A stretch of 48,714 bases of DNA from Bugula neritina (lineage: Eukaryota; Animalia; Bryozoa). Made by a program: the position numbers and the translations under genes. The notes below the pieces were generated by a model that searched no databases, had not been told where the DNA came from, and saw only the letters and a list, made by a program, of their open reading frames with translations. The stretch covers positions 1 through 48,714 of the forward strand of contig CAXIUT010000229.1 in assembly GCA_964035545.1 (NCBI GenBank), in the 5' to 3' direction. Below are positions 36,585 through 48,500 of this stretch, piece after piece; position 1 is the stretch's first letter, and every line of letters begins with the position of its first letter.

Positions 36585-39500
36585 AGCATGTGAGGAAGGC
36601 TATTTTCTTTTTATGAATTTTAAATAGCTTTATTGGAACTATTATCACTCCAATGCTTGAATTATTATTCATTCTTACTAAATATTTACTATGAATCTCC
36701 TATAAACTTATTTAATAATTCATGTGCTGATTATTTTTATTATTCGATCTTATGTTTGCTACCTTTTCTAGAATCTTTCATTCCTTCCATCTTCCGAATT
36801 TGTTATTCATCTTGATCGTATTTTTTATCACTATAGTCATCTTACCCCTTGCCATCATCATGTTTCATAGCTGGACACCATCCTTTAGTCCTAATATCAG
36901 ATACAGTCAAATAGATTAACCATGTAATACATACAGCTAATGTGATAGTAATCAAAGAGATGCATAGTATAGCCATGTTATGTGATCCTTGAGTGGAAAG
37001 AACATCAAGTCCTAGAATGATTAAGCAGATAATATAAAGAGTGAGAGACGATTACATGAAGATGGTAATATAGTCTGTCATTTGGTTGTCGAATGGCTGG
37101 TAGAAGTATATGCAGATCATAATAAGAAAAGTAAGAACTAAAAGTAAACTCATCGTTGATATTGGTTAGAAAGGAGCTATTCCTAAACCTATCGCTAATA
37201 CTATCCTTCTTATATGGCCAAAAGGAGTGTACATTAAACCTACTTTACTTTAAGTTCTCTCAAAATCACCCAATAAACCTGATAACTCACTCAATCTTTT
37301 TACTTGTATTATTTTGTAGGAAATCCAAGCGACATAAGATATTGCTATTATGAGAATAATTATATTGATGAAGAGTACTCCTGGTTTTTGGTTGTAGAAT
37401 TGGCAAGCAAAAAGGAGTAGAGGTACCATGCAGATGGAAAAGAGATCATTGATCAGTCTATATCGAATATTGCGGACTAATCTCGGACAATGTTATGGTT
37501 TGTAGGTGTGAGCGATGATGATGGAGATGAAGGTAATAAGAAAGCCGATAAAGATGAGGAAGACCAGGAGTTGGTTTCTAAAGATGAGTGAATCTGTACT
37601 ATAGAAGATGAATTTGGGAGCAGAAAAGGTAAAAGGGACTGAGTTAACCATATTTTTTGTGAAAGCCAAAAGTGCAAATTTACATCCAGCTAGAAAGTGT
37701 TAAAGAATGGGAGGATACTGGATGTCGAGATAGAGAGTGACTGCTACGAGTTGAAAGTAGTCTAGAAGTTGTATAAATCTGCTGCTTTTATTGATCATAT
37801 TGATGATTATAAGAGCAAGCAGTAGTACAAAGACGATGATGGGGATAAAGGCAACAAACTGGTTAGATTTGTATTATTTGTAATTTTTATAGAGGTCTAG
37901 TTCTTTTTTAAATTTATTTTTGGATATTTTTTGTGGAGAGGATTGGCTTTGTAGATAGGGGATAGTGAGGGAAATATTGACCAGACTAACTTCTGTGTGA
38001 TCCAGCTTAAGTTCTATTTTGTACTATGTGATCTAAGATTAGGTAAGAGTGTGATTAATTGAATTTCCTTCAATGTCTACAAAAGATATTTCGATGTCTG
38101 CTAGATTGGCTATCTATGATTGTTGGTTATAGTAGAGCATGAGAGTGAGTTCTTCTATGTAGAGAAGTTGAAGGTCACCAAGAAAGAGGCTGTTGCAGAG
38201 TCCACCAGAGTTTTAGCAAAGGATACACTCTTGTTGCTAGTTGACGTAGTAGTCATTGCTGCACTAATCTATACAATTGCCATTCAAACTAACCATTTTA
38301 TTTCCACAAATTCCAGTATAGCAAGTCATAGTAGCAGTATACTTATTGTATGGACATTGTGAGTTACAAGTATTGTTGTTGGGGTAATACCAGACATCAC
38401 TTGGACAACTTGTGACACAATAGTTGTGGAAATAGATGTAGCCAGTTAGACAGGTGGTACATGTAAAATCTCCTGTACAGTTATCACATGGACTTAGACA
38501 GGGATTGCATTGGGTGCCTGAGTTGGGATAGTATTGGGCTGGACAACTAGCAACACAGGCGTTATTGTGAAGATAGGTCCCAATGCAAGTAAGACAGTGA
38601 GTTGAGTTAGTACACGTGGCACAATTTGATCCGCATTGTGAACAACTACTATTATTGACTGCGTAGTAGAAGATAGGACAAGAAGATTGGCAAAGTCCAT
38701 TGAATTGAATCAAATTGTTATTGCATTAGACGCAAAAATCATATGCTGTACAGTTAGTACAATCTGACTGACAACTTTGGCACTAGTCATAGTTGGTGAT
38801 GGCTTGGGTGCCTTGGAAGAATCCCAAAGGGCAACTAGCAATACAAGTATTGTTCATGAGATAGTAGTTCGTTGTACACCAGGTGCAGACTGAGGAAGAG
38901 GTGCAAGTTTGGCAGGTTGATGGACAAGCTTGGCATGATGAACTGTTGTCAGGATAATAACCAACTGGACAACTAGAAAAGCATCTATTAGAAAAAAGGT
39001 AGTAGTTAGTGAGACAACTGCTACAGAAGGTATAGTTAAGACAGTTTCCACAAGGAAAAGGGCAACTATCACAGTTAGCTTTAACTGCATTTGCGTAGTA
39101 TCCATCTGGGCAGCTACTAGTACAGCTAGTATTGAAGAGATAGTAGTTAGTATTGCAAGTAAGGCAACCATTGGCTGATCCACTGCAGGTGACACAGATA
39201 GTTTGGTTACAGGACTAGCATGTATTAGTGGAGTTATCTTGGTAGTAAGAAGTGGAGCAAGTGGTAAGACATTGGTTGTTGAAGTAGAAATAACCTGAAA
39301 TGCATGAGATACAATTCGATGAAGAGGAGCAATTGGCGCATGGAGAGATGCAGGCATCACAAGTTTTAGAGTACTCGTTGCCGAAAGTGAGTGAAGGACA
39401 TGAAGATATGCAGGAGGAGGCGTTTAGGAAGAATCCTGATGAGCAAGTGAGACAGGTTGAAGAGGTAGAATTGCAGGTGAGACAGTTATTGGTACAACTT

Positions 39501-42376
39501 GCGCATTAGTTGGCAGTGGAGTTAAAGAAGGTGGCAGAGGGACAGGTGGTAACACATTGTTTGGAGTAGAGAATGCCAGTTTGGCAAGTAATACAAAGAT
39601 ATGCGTTATAGCATTTGCCGCATGGTGCCACACAGTTAGTACAAATTCTGGTTTGATCGTTACCGTAGTAGTTATCTGGACAAGTTTACGTGCATGTATT
39701 GTTAAGATTGTTTAAATACATACCTGATGAGCAGGTTGTGCAGTTGGTGCTAGTGGTCTGGCATGTATAGCAGTTGCTGTTGCAAGACTAGCAGTTGGTA
39801 GAGTTTGCTTGGAAGTATCCAGTTGGACAAGAAGACACACATTTAGATGTCGATGCAATAAACAAATAACTAGCAACGCATGAAGTGCAAGTAACTGAGT
39901 TGGTTTGGCAAGATTAGCAAGGGAAAGCACAGAGACTGCATTATGCACTTGTAGAATTGACAGCGTTGGGACTATAACTAGGATAGTATCCACTTTTGGC
40001 TTGACATTATACGAGAGTTATGCAAGTTTGATTGAAAATCAAATGGGGAAGCGAGCAGGTCAAACAGGCAGTATCTGAATGGCATGTCAAACAGGGACTA
40101 ATACACTCAGTACAGGTAAAATTTGTGTTAATGTAAGCAGTTGAATTGCATTATAGAGTACAAATAGAACCATCTAAGTAGCCAGTAGTGCAAGACAAGC
40201 AAGATGCATTATTGGTGCATGTTTTACATGGTGGAGTACAAGCAGTACAGGTATTATTGGCGCTATTGGCGAAAGTACCTGAAGGACAGGTAGATAGACA
40301 GGATCCAGCAGAGAGATAGGTTCCAGATTGGCAAGATGCGCAGGTAGTTGATCCGACACAGGTGAAACAGTTGGATTGGCAGGGCTGACAAGTGATATTG
40401 TTGGATGTAGAATAATCTGAGTAGAAGGTTGCTGGGCAGCTGTTAAGACACTGATTGTTATGAAGGACTCCTTTTGCGCAAGAAGTGCAATTGGTTTATA
40501 CTAAATCACAGCTTCTGCAGGGATAATGACAATCCAAGCATCGATTATTGACTGAATCAGTGTAGTATCCAGAAGGACAGATCGATAAGTTACTGCAGGT
40601 GGTATTAAGTAGTAGAAATCCAGCTGTGCAACCAGAACAAGTCGTACTGTTAATGTAACAAGCAGAACAGCTAGATGAACAGTTGGAACATTGGACTGTG
40701 CCATTGATAGAATTACCATATTGACCAGTTGGACATGAAAAGAGGCAGGAACCATCTTGGAAGAGATATCCAGCTGCACAAGAGAGACAAGTAACTGTGG
40801 AATTCGATATTTGGCAAGTGACGCAAGGATTGGGGCATATTTCACAGGTTCGAGTGGTTGAGTTAGGGAATAGTTTATTATCAGTGCAGGTCGATAGGCA
40901 TTGTCCATTTTAGAGGAAAAAGTTGGTGAGACAAGATAGGCAGAGAGTAGTGTTGGAGCAGGTTTCGCAGGGAGAGACGCAATCTTGGCAAGTATAGTTT
41001 GATGAAAGTCTGTAGGTTTTATCCGGGCAAGTAAGATGGCAAACTTGTCCATAGAGATAAAATCCACTATCGCATGAAGTCACACAGACATTTTGTTGTA
41101 AATAATAGGGTGAGAAACAAGCTGAACAATCTACTGATGAAGTGCATTGACTGCATTTGGATACTTGACATATTGAGTGTTAGAAAACTGCTTATACTAC
41201 TTGCATCATGCCAGAACTATCTGTAATAGTTATGTTGGTGGGATATTGACCTGCGCTGTATGTGAAGGTACCAGATATGATTGAATATCCGTATGGACAG
41301 TTGAGGCAAGAAGAGTCAGTTTAACTAAGGGCGAGTTATGGTGCAATATTGGTCGAAAGGGATTGAGTAGAGAGGACTGAGGAATTTTAGTTGATAAGAG
41401 AGATGCTTATTGTTCGAGCAGCTGTGGTTCCATAAAATTTGGAGGAGATATAGAAGAGGAGTTAGTAGTATGTTTGAGTCGTCGAGTAAGAGATAGTGAT
41501 GGTATTGGTTGTGGAGCAAGTTCCACTGCAAGTGAAAGATGAGATAGAGTGATGGATATATTACTTTGTTTTTGATGATCCTTGAGGTAGACATACTGAT
41601 ACTTGACTTCCAAATATGCTCTGCACTTCTGAATATGTTTGGCATCCATAGTTGCCAGTTATACAATCAGTATAGTACTGTCCATCTGCTTCAAGACAAA
41701 GCAGACTTCCTCCCTGTTTGCATGATCCGCTACTGAGATACTTTCCCTGGGTACAAGAAATACAAATTCCATTGACGCAGCTGGCACAGAAAGGATCGAT
41801 TGATGTGCAGCTGTAGGCTGTACAGGAGTTATTAGAAATGAAGTAACCTTGGTTGCATGAAGAGCAGAAGGTTGCATTGGTGCAAATTCTACAGTTATCT
41901 GAGCAAGAAAGACAAGATGTACTGTCTGATGAGAGATAGTAGGTGAGAGAACATGTAGAGCAGCTGATGAAATCGGAACAGGTTTTACAATTCGATAGAC
42001 AGCCAGCACAAATATTGTCCAGTAGAAAGAAGCCATCGCTACAAGTTTGAATGGTGGCAATAGTGCAGGTAGCTGCTCCATTTGGGCAGGCACTGCATTA
42101 TCCACTGGCTGTTAGATATAATCCATCTATACAGGTTGAGCAGGAAGTTGAATTAGCACATACTGAGCAACCGAAAGAGCACTTGAAGCATTGGTGGTTA
42201 TTGATATAGTGCTATGGTACACATTGAGTGCAGACATTGGAATCAAAGCATGTCAGACAAGTGACTCCACATGGTGCGCAAGTACCTGTATTGGGATCAG
42301 TGTATTTGTAAGAGAAGAGGCATTGTGGACTGATGATTACAAAGATAAGAGCGAAGAGGAGGGGAAGGTGTGTCAT
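36585..42376 (-). CDS. Giant Cys-rich (furin-like CxxC repeat) surface protein with multi-pass TM C-terminus, 3'-truncated
   Basis: Signal peptide MTHLPLLFALIFVII; dozens of CxxC repeats; hydrophobic helices near 36900-37860. The frame at the junction matches ATG 42376 (about 1930 aa) and enters the telomere tract with no TGA. Confidence 0.88.
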
Positions 42377-42588
42377 GATTTTAAATATAGAGTAAAGAAT
42401 TTAAATTTATACCTTTATTAACATTCTATCTTATTCCAGAAAGAAGTGATTTATAAAGAAGTTATTAAAGATTTTTGTTTACCTCAAAGCAATATTATGA
42501 TAAAATAAGTATCAAAATAAGAATATTTAATCTGATAAGTTATCAAAATAATGTTTAATAGTGTTATTTAAACATGATAGTATTTAAA

Positions 42589-42667
42589 GGTTGGGGTTGG
42601 GGTTGGGGTTGGGGTTGGGGTTGGGGTTGGGGTTGGGGTTGGGGTTGGGGTTGGGGTTGGGGTTGGG
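42589..42667 (+). repeat. Internal telomeric tract 3, (GGGGTT)n
   Basis: 79 nt of perfect repeat, ends TTGGG. Confidence 0.97.
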
Positions 42668-42670
42668 TCA

Positions 42671-42681
42671 TATTTTTATTT

Positions 42682-42752
<71 letters not shown>

Positions 42753-42753
42753 T
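42671..42753. repeat. (TTTA)n microsatellite
   Basis: About 20 TTTA-type units starting 3 nt after telomeric tract 3. Confidence 0.95.
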
Positions 42754-42937
42754 AGATTTTAGTAAATACTCACATCCTTTTTAATTGATCATATTATATA
42801 TTTATATAATTTTTAAGATAACACTATTTTCTATTCTAATTACTAATCAATTTTATACTCTTTAATATCTATTAATAGTTATTTTATTTATTTATTGAAA
42901 TGATAGATATATTTATCATTAAATATATTCAATACTT

Positions 42938-43902
42938 ATGCATATTTTTGAAGTAGCTTTCTACTTTTCAGGAACATTTTATGCTCTTTTTATCTAAAGA
43001 TCTGTCATTCTACCATTCATAGCTGTTGTAGTTCTTTACTTCTTGGTTTCAGCTTTAATACTTCGATCAAACAATATCTCTATTAGAAAAAAGATAATGC
43101 TTGCGACTTGGACTCATCCAAAAGAGCCTAATATTTATGTTCGAGTTCCTGTTAGAACTGAAAAAGTAACTCAAATACTAGAATCCCTTCCCAAAGAGGA
43201 CAGACCAACTATGACTCATTTTTGTTTGAAAGCAATGGCCTAGGTACTAGCGAATCAACCTAATTTGAATGGAACATTAACCTTGGGCAAAGTAAATATG
43301 ATATAAAATAGTTTATTCCATATAAAGGAGTTGATGTAAGTTGTTTAGTGGATATTTAAAATGGAAGGGATTTGGCTTTGGTATGCATAAGAAATGCTGA
43401 TAAGATGTCAGTAGAGGATATATCGAAATATATGAGATCTAAAGTGATTAGGATGAAGAAGTCACAAGGAGGAGAGCAGCATAGAAGTCAGATGAAACCC
43501 TTTAGATTAATTCCTGCATGTATTGTAGATTTTATTGTTCCATTCATTAGTTTTGTAGCTAATCGCATTGGAATAGAGATACCTGCAATGAAGCTATAGA
43601 GGCATGCTTTTGGAGGAGCTTATTTGACTTCTTTAGGGTCTTTTGGAGGTGCTGGATTTGAAGATGTAACTGTTCCTTTTAGTAATTTTTGTAATACTTC
43701 TATGGTAGTTGCTCAAAACATTATTACTAGGAAAGCAGTAGTATAAGATGGAGAGGTAGTGATAGGAAATGTGATGAATTGCAATTTTACTGTTGATCAT
43801 AGATACGTAGATGGAGGAAATTGTACCAAATTAGTGTAAGTATTTCGAGAAGTGTTTTAAAAACCTGAGAAATATATGGATAGATAAATGAAAAAGTAGT
43901 GA
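42938..43902 (+). CDS. 2-oxoacid dehydrogenase E2-type acyltransferase catalytic-domain protein with N-terminal membrane anchor
   Basis: SIRKKIMLATW, THFCLKAMA, LTSLGS, TVDHRYVDGG; no lipoyl domain; intron 43292-43311; 315 codons. Confidence 0.85.
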
Positions 43903-43945
43903 TTATTCCAGTTATTAATTCAATTTTATAACTATTTATCAAAAT

Positions 43946-44794
43946 ATGACATCAGTGTTCAATAAAGATCTCTACAAAGGGAAGTTAGTTCTTATAAGCG
44001 GAGGGGCAACAGGAATATGCTACGGAATAGCGAAAGGATACCTCCAGCATGGCGCTTCAGTCTACATAATCAGTCGTAAAATAGATAACATCAACAAAGC
44101 AATAACCTCTCTCGCTGCATAGACAGGCAATAATCATATATATGGTAGTTCTTGTGATGTGAGGAAACAACAATAGGTCGAGTAGACTGTCAAATTGATT
44201 GTAGCTAAATATGGAGGGATTGATGTGTTGATAAATGGAGCTGCTGGTAATTTTTTATGTTCGATCGAAGATATGTCTCCTAATGCTTTTAAAACAGTCT
44301 TAATGATAGATACTGTTGGAACTTTTCTGTTGTCAAAGTATACAGTGCAGCATGGCATGAAAGCAGGAGGAGTTATTATCAATATTACGGCTTATTTGCA
44401 TCAAAATGGAACCATTTTACAGTCACATGCAGGAACAGCTAAAGCAGGAGTAGATGCTCTAACTAAACATCTGGCAGTGGAGTTAGGACCAAGAGGCATT
44501 CGAGTAGTCGGAGTTTGTCCTGGAGCGATTTAGAATACCGAGGGGTATAACCGGTTAAATGTGACTGGTAGGAATCGAGATGAGAAGTTGAAGGGGATTA
44601 TTCCTTTACAGAGAAGAGGTACTATATAAGATATGTCAAATATCTGTTTGTTTGTTGGTTGTGAGGGTGCTAGTTATATAAGTGGGACTACTATACTGGT
44701 GGATGGAGGAAAAGCTTTAACATCGCCTAATTTTCCTTTTCAGAGTTAGGAATTTGTTCAAAAGTATCCTAATTTTGGAAAAAGCAAGTTATGA
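43946..44794 (+). CDS. DECR2: Peroxisomal 2,4-dienoyl-CoA reductase (SDR)
   Basis: SGGATGIC, INGAAGNF, SPNAFKTVLMIDTVGTF, HAGTAKAGVDAL, VDGG, C-terminal SKL (PTS1); 283 codons. Confidence 0.92.
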
Positions 44795-44963
44795 TAAAAA
44801 ACATTTTATTGCAATAAATGCTATAAATAATAGTTTTATCTCGTAAAACACTAGTGATCAGAGTGAATAATAGACAATAAATTAATTTAGTTATTGGATC
44901 TAATTAATATAAATAATATATTCTTTTGATTTATTTATCACAATAAAATCTTCTTTTATATCC

Positions 44964-45966
44964 ATGTACTTCAATAAAAAATCAAACGATCTATCCTAGG
45001 CAACTCTTCCTTCTCGTTCAAAACACTTCAAAAGACTAAATAGCTTCTGTTCGAGTAGTGTCGATCAAAATCGCTCAAAAAGGTTTCAAACGATAGAGAA
45101 AAGAATGAGCAATTGAACCAACAGCTAGAAGTATCGATCAAAATGCCAATAAAAACTCAAACTTAAAGCATGAAGATAACTAAAAACAATGGAAATATTC
45201 AATAAGGAGTGCATAGACCTTACCCAGGGTCAATGAAGATGGTTGTTCCTAGCAAGAAATAGCCACAATTAGAATCTTTGTAGTTGTGGAATCGATCATC
45301 ATAGTTAGGTGGGTGAAAGTGGGACAGATAGAATTGAAAAACATGATCATTAGAAGTTGAAGATTTATATTAATTAGGAAAGAAGTAGACGAAAACAACT
45401 CGAAGAAGAGGCTAGATTGAACAAACAAGAAATAAAAGATTAGAAAAAAGAGTTTAAAAGCATATTTATCAATAAAATCAGTTAAAATAGGAGAATTAGA
45501 CAATGAAAAAACATATTGATCTTTTGGAAGCGGATCTTTTCAACAAATAAAATACATAGCTACAGAGTTATAGGTTGGTGCAAAGCGAAAGGGAAGTTGT
45601 TAGGTTGAAAGAAGAACTATAGAAAAATAGAACAGCCAGAGAAGAGGAGTTGGTCAAAGAGGTGCATGCTCTGATATAGTAAAAATACAAGTTGCAGAAA
45701 CAAACTGATGCAGTTAGTCTTACAAAAACAATACTATCCAAACAACTAGAATAGGCATATGACTAAATAGATGAACTAAGAGTATCAATCCAACAAAGAG
45801 TACAGGGTCTTCAGCCTATATCTAACTCAGATAACGTTTTAAGATTCTTTTCGCTGAGACAAAGGAATTGCGATAATAGGTGAGAGTACTAGAAAAGATA
45901 CAGGGTGAGAGTCTCTTGTCTCAAACTCTGCTGTCTGTTTCTTAGTCAAGTTTAATAGTATAGTGA
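44964..45966 (+). CDS. Hypothetical coiled-coil protein (exon structure unresolved)
   Basis: E/K/Q-rich frames between ATG 44964 and TGA near 45964; introns or indels are needed to join them. Confidence 0.4.
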
Positions 45967-46001
45967 TTTAAGAGTATTGATACATATGACAAGTATATAT
46001 A

Positions 46002-46569
46002 TCACTGATTGACAGGCAGGCTGCAGATGGGACATTGGTTTTTGATGTAAAGCCAATCCCACAGACACTATTCATGGAAAGAAGTGCTTGCATTTGAGGA
46101 TCATACAGTCATCATGGTTGGTTTCTTACAGACAAATGCGGCATTGGTTGTTGGAATCTGTTCTGATTTTCATCTTCTAGGCGAAGTAGATCAGCAAAAG
46201 AGTTGAAAAGATCTTAGCTAGGGTCTACTAGACCATGTTGATTCTTCTGAGTAAAGAGTAGCTGATTCCAATCATGATGAAGTTGAAGGCACTCAGGTAG
46301 AAAACAAAGGAGTAGAAAAAGATTGATTTGTAGGTCCTGTCTTTGATTAGTTGGACGACTGAAACAACTGAAAGTGTGAGGATGGTGATGAGTATGAGGA
46401 TGAGGATGTAAGTTTGGTTGTCGATATCGAATGTGATTCCGAGAGCTGCGTCGAAGAGAGAGGAGGAGATGATGCAGAGGGGAGATAATACGATATAGAT
46501 GGGGATGGCAAGTAGGTAGGGAGCATTTATGAGTAGTTATATGAAAGATGTGGTCGATGCTACCACCAT
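46002..46569 (-). CDS. Multi-pass membrane RING-H2 E3 ligase
   Basis: About four hydrophobic segments, then CRICLE...LKCKHFFHEECLWDWLYIKNQCPIC after removing one extra base near 46078. Confidence 0.85.
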
Positions 46570-46725
46570 TTTAATTATTATTTGGACATCAAAAACAGTT
46601 TCATAGCATAATTATTGCAAATTAGTAACATCCTTTTTATCGATTGTTTTAGATATTTTATCGATATAATGCAGTTAAATCAAACTAAAATAGAGTTAAT
46701 TTAAATAAATAAAATATACCAATAA

Positions 46726-47563
46726 ATGTCAGAGCCAATTCGATAGAAATTACCACAACCAATAAAAAAACCTAATATCGACCATTTCAAAATAAACCCT
46801 CTCTTCAAGACAACCTCTCCTTTCGACAACCTCTCCGCACCAACCAATACCTACCACTCACTGGATACTCGTTCTAATAGATAGCATCACCATTGCTAAT
46901 CCAAGCGGAAGTAATCAATTGAACTGTGGATAAGCAAGTGTTAGTATTTGCGTCGAGACAACTAGTTGTTGCAGAATCAGATAGTATACTTGAATGAACA
47001 TATTACTCAGTTGACAAAAACTAAGAAATAGCAGTAAAGCATCTTTTTGGAACATATGAAAAGTATATCTAAACAATTTATGCAGCTCATAGTCAATTGC
47101 CAGTCAGACAATCTTTGCTTCTCTTTACAGCCAAGAACAAAAAGTGACTAGAATAGATAAAGAGCTCTAAAGAGTAAGATAGAAAATGGATAAATCTGTC
47201 ACAACTGTCAGAAAGAACAGATGTTCCTAGTATATTAAAGATTGTTAGTTTTAAGATCTTTTCCAAACTAAAATAACTAATACCAAACTTATCAGTAGAA
47301 TAAGAGTGTTAGAGGAGGAATTGAAACAAATAACGAGTAAACATCTTAAAAACTACTAGTGGAATGCTCACAACCTGCCAACTCTTGAAGACTTTGAGGA
47401 GAAGTTGATAGAACAGATACTTCCTCCTTTGGGTCGATCAGAAATATATCAACTAGAGAAATCTGATATATTTCAAACTTTAGGCAAATCTGGGTGTTAA
47501 ATATCTGGCATTACTCTAGGAAACATGTCTAATTCTAAAGACAAAATTGTTGTATTCTAGTGA
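46726..47563 (+). CDS. Hypothetical coiled-coil protein
   Basis: ATG 46726, open frame, probable short intron from 47230, TGA at 47561-47563. Confidence 0.55.
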
Positions 47564-47574
47564 TAGTAGTTATT

Positions 47575-47720
47575 TTATTTATAAGTTATTGATAATTAAG
47601 GATTTATTTATAAGTTATTGATAGTTAAAGGATTTATACTTTAAGTTATTTATCTAATCTTTTTAGTTATTGATCTAATCTTTCTAGTTATTTATCTAAT
47701 CCTTTTAGTTATTTATTTTA
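47575..47720. repeat. Degenerate AT-rich intergenic direct repeats
   Basis: TTATAAGTTATTGATA-type unit of about 30 bp x2-3, then TAGTTATTTATCTAATC-type unit of about 20 bp x3-4. Confidence 0.75.
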
Positions 47721-47771
47721 AATGATAGATTGACTACTAAAATATAAGTATATAATTCTTATTGATAATAA

Positions 47772-48500
47772 TCATTTTGCAGCATAGATATTTTTTATCT
47801 TTTCCTTTTCCTAACTTAGTATACTAATCTTTATCTTTCTTATCACTTTTACTCTACTATTCCATTATATTTCTAGTTCCCAATCTTTATCCAGGATTGT
47901 GATTGACTCTACTTATTATTTTCTATCTTTCTCAATATTTATTAAGTCAATTTCATAAATATATCTTCAATATATGCTCCTGTTTTGGCTGATGTCTAAA
48001 TAAAAGGAATTCCTTGCTACTTTGCCAGCCTTAATCCCTCCTAATAGCTCACTTTTCGTCTATTTTATATTTAGAAGTACTCTGTTTGTCTGTCGCTTTT
48101 GTTGCCCACTAAAATGAAGGATAGAGTGGCTGGTCCATTGGCTTTCGCGTCATCTATCCATTTGGCAACATGTCTAAAACTTTATAGGTTGCTTATGTCG
48201 TATACCACTACAGCACCTATTGCATGCCTGTAGTATCCTCTTGTAATGGCTAAAAAACTTTATTGTCCTGCCTATGTAATAAACGATTAATACTGTGTCC
48301 CCATATTTGTAGTTTGATGTTGTTTTATTTAATTTTCAGCATTTTAGCACCAAATTAGACACCGATGGTTACTTAGTGTTTTTATCTGTAGCGTTTATCA
48401 GTGTAGTGCAGAAGCATGCAGGATTTACCTACACCTAAATGGATAAATATCTACCTGAATCTCCAATTATGATGTATTTTAGAAGAAAAGAGTAACTCAT
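47772..48500 (-). CDS. Rab2-like small GTPase
   Basis: MSYSFLLKYIIIGDSGVGKSC, TIGVEFG, WDTAGQESF, GNKSD, FIETSAK, terminal CC; three introns of 20-22 nt; apparent 1-nt homopolymer indels. Confidence 0.9.

Noticed and set aside
38264-42105. Many separate small ORFs in the track
   Set aside because: Pieces or off-frame readings of one ~1930-aa Cys-rich gene.
12372-42667. Telomere-bearing transposon ends or a Tetrahymena-type chromosome breakage sequence at the junctions
   Set aside because: Tracts are direct rather than inverted, there is no transposase or target-site duplication, and I saw no Cbs-like 15-mer beside them.
42574-42762. GWGWGW/FIYL ORF
   Set aside because: Translation of the telomeric tract and TTTA microsatellite.
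46070-46085. Euplotes-style programmed +1 frameshifting
   Set aside because: No AAA-stop motif; a shift at CCA TGA would lose the RING-H2 His; the indels sit in homopolymers, as expected for read errors.
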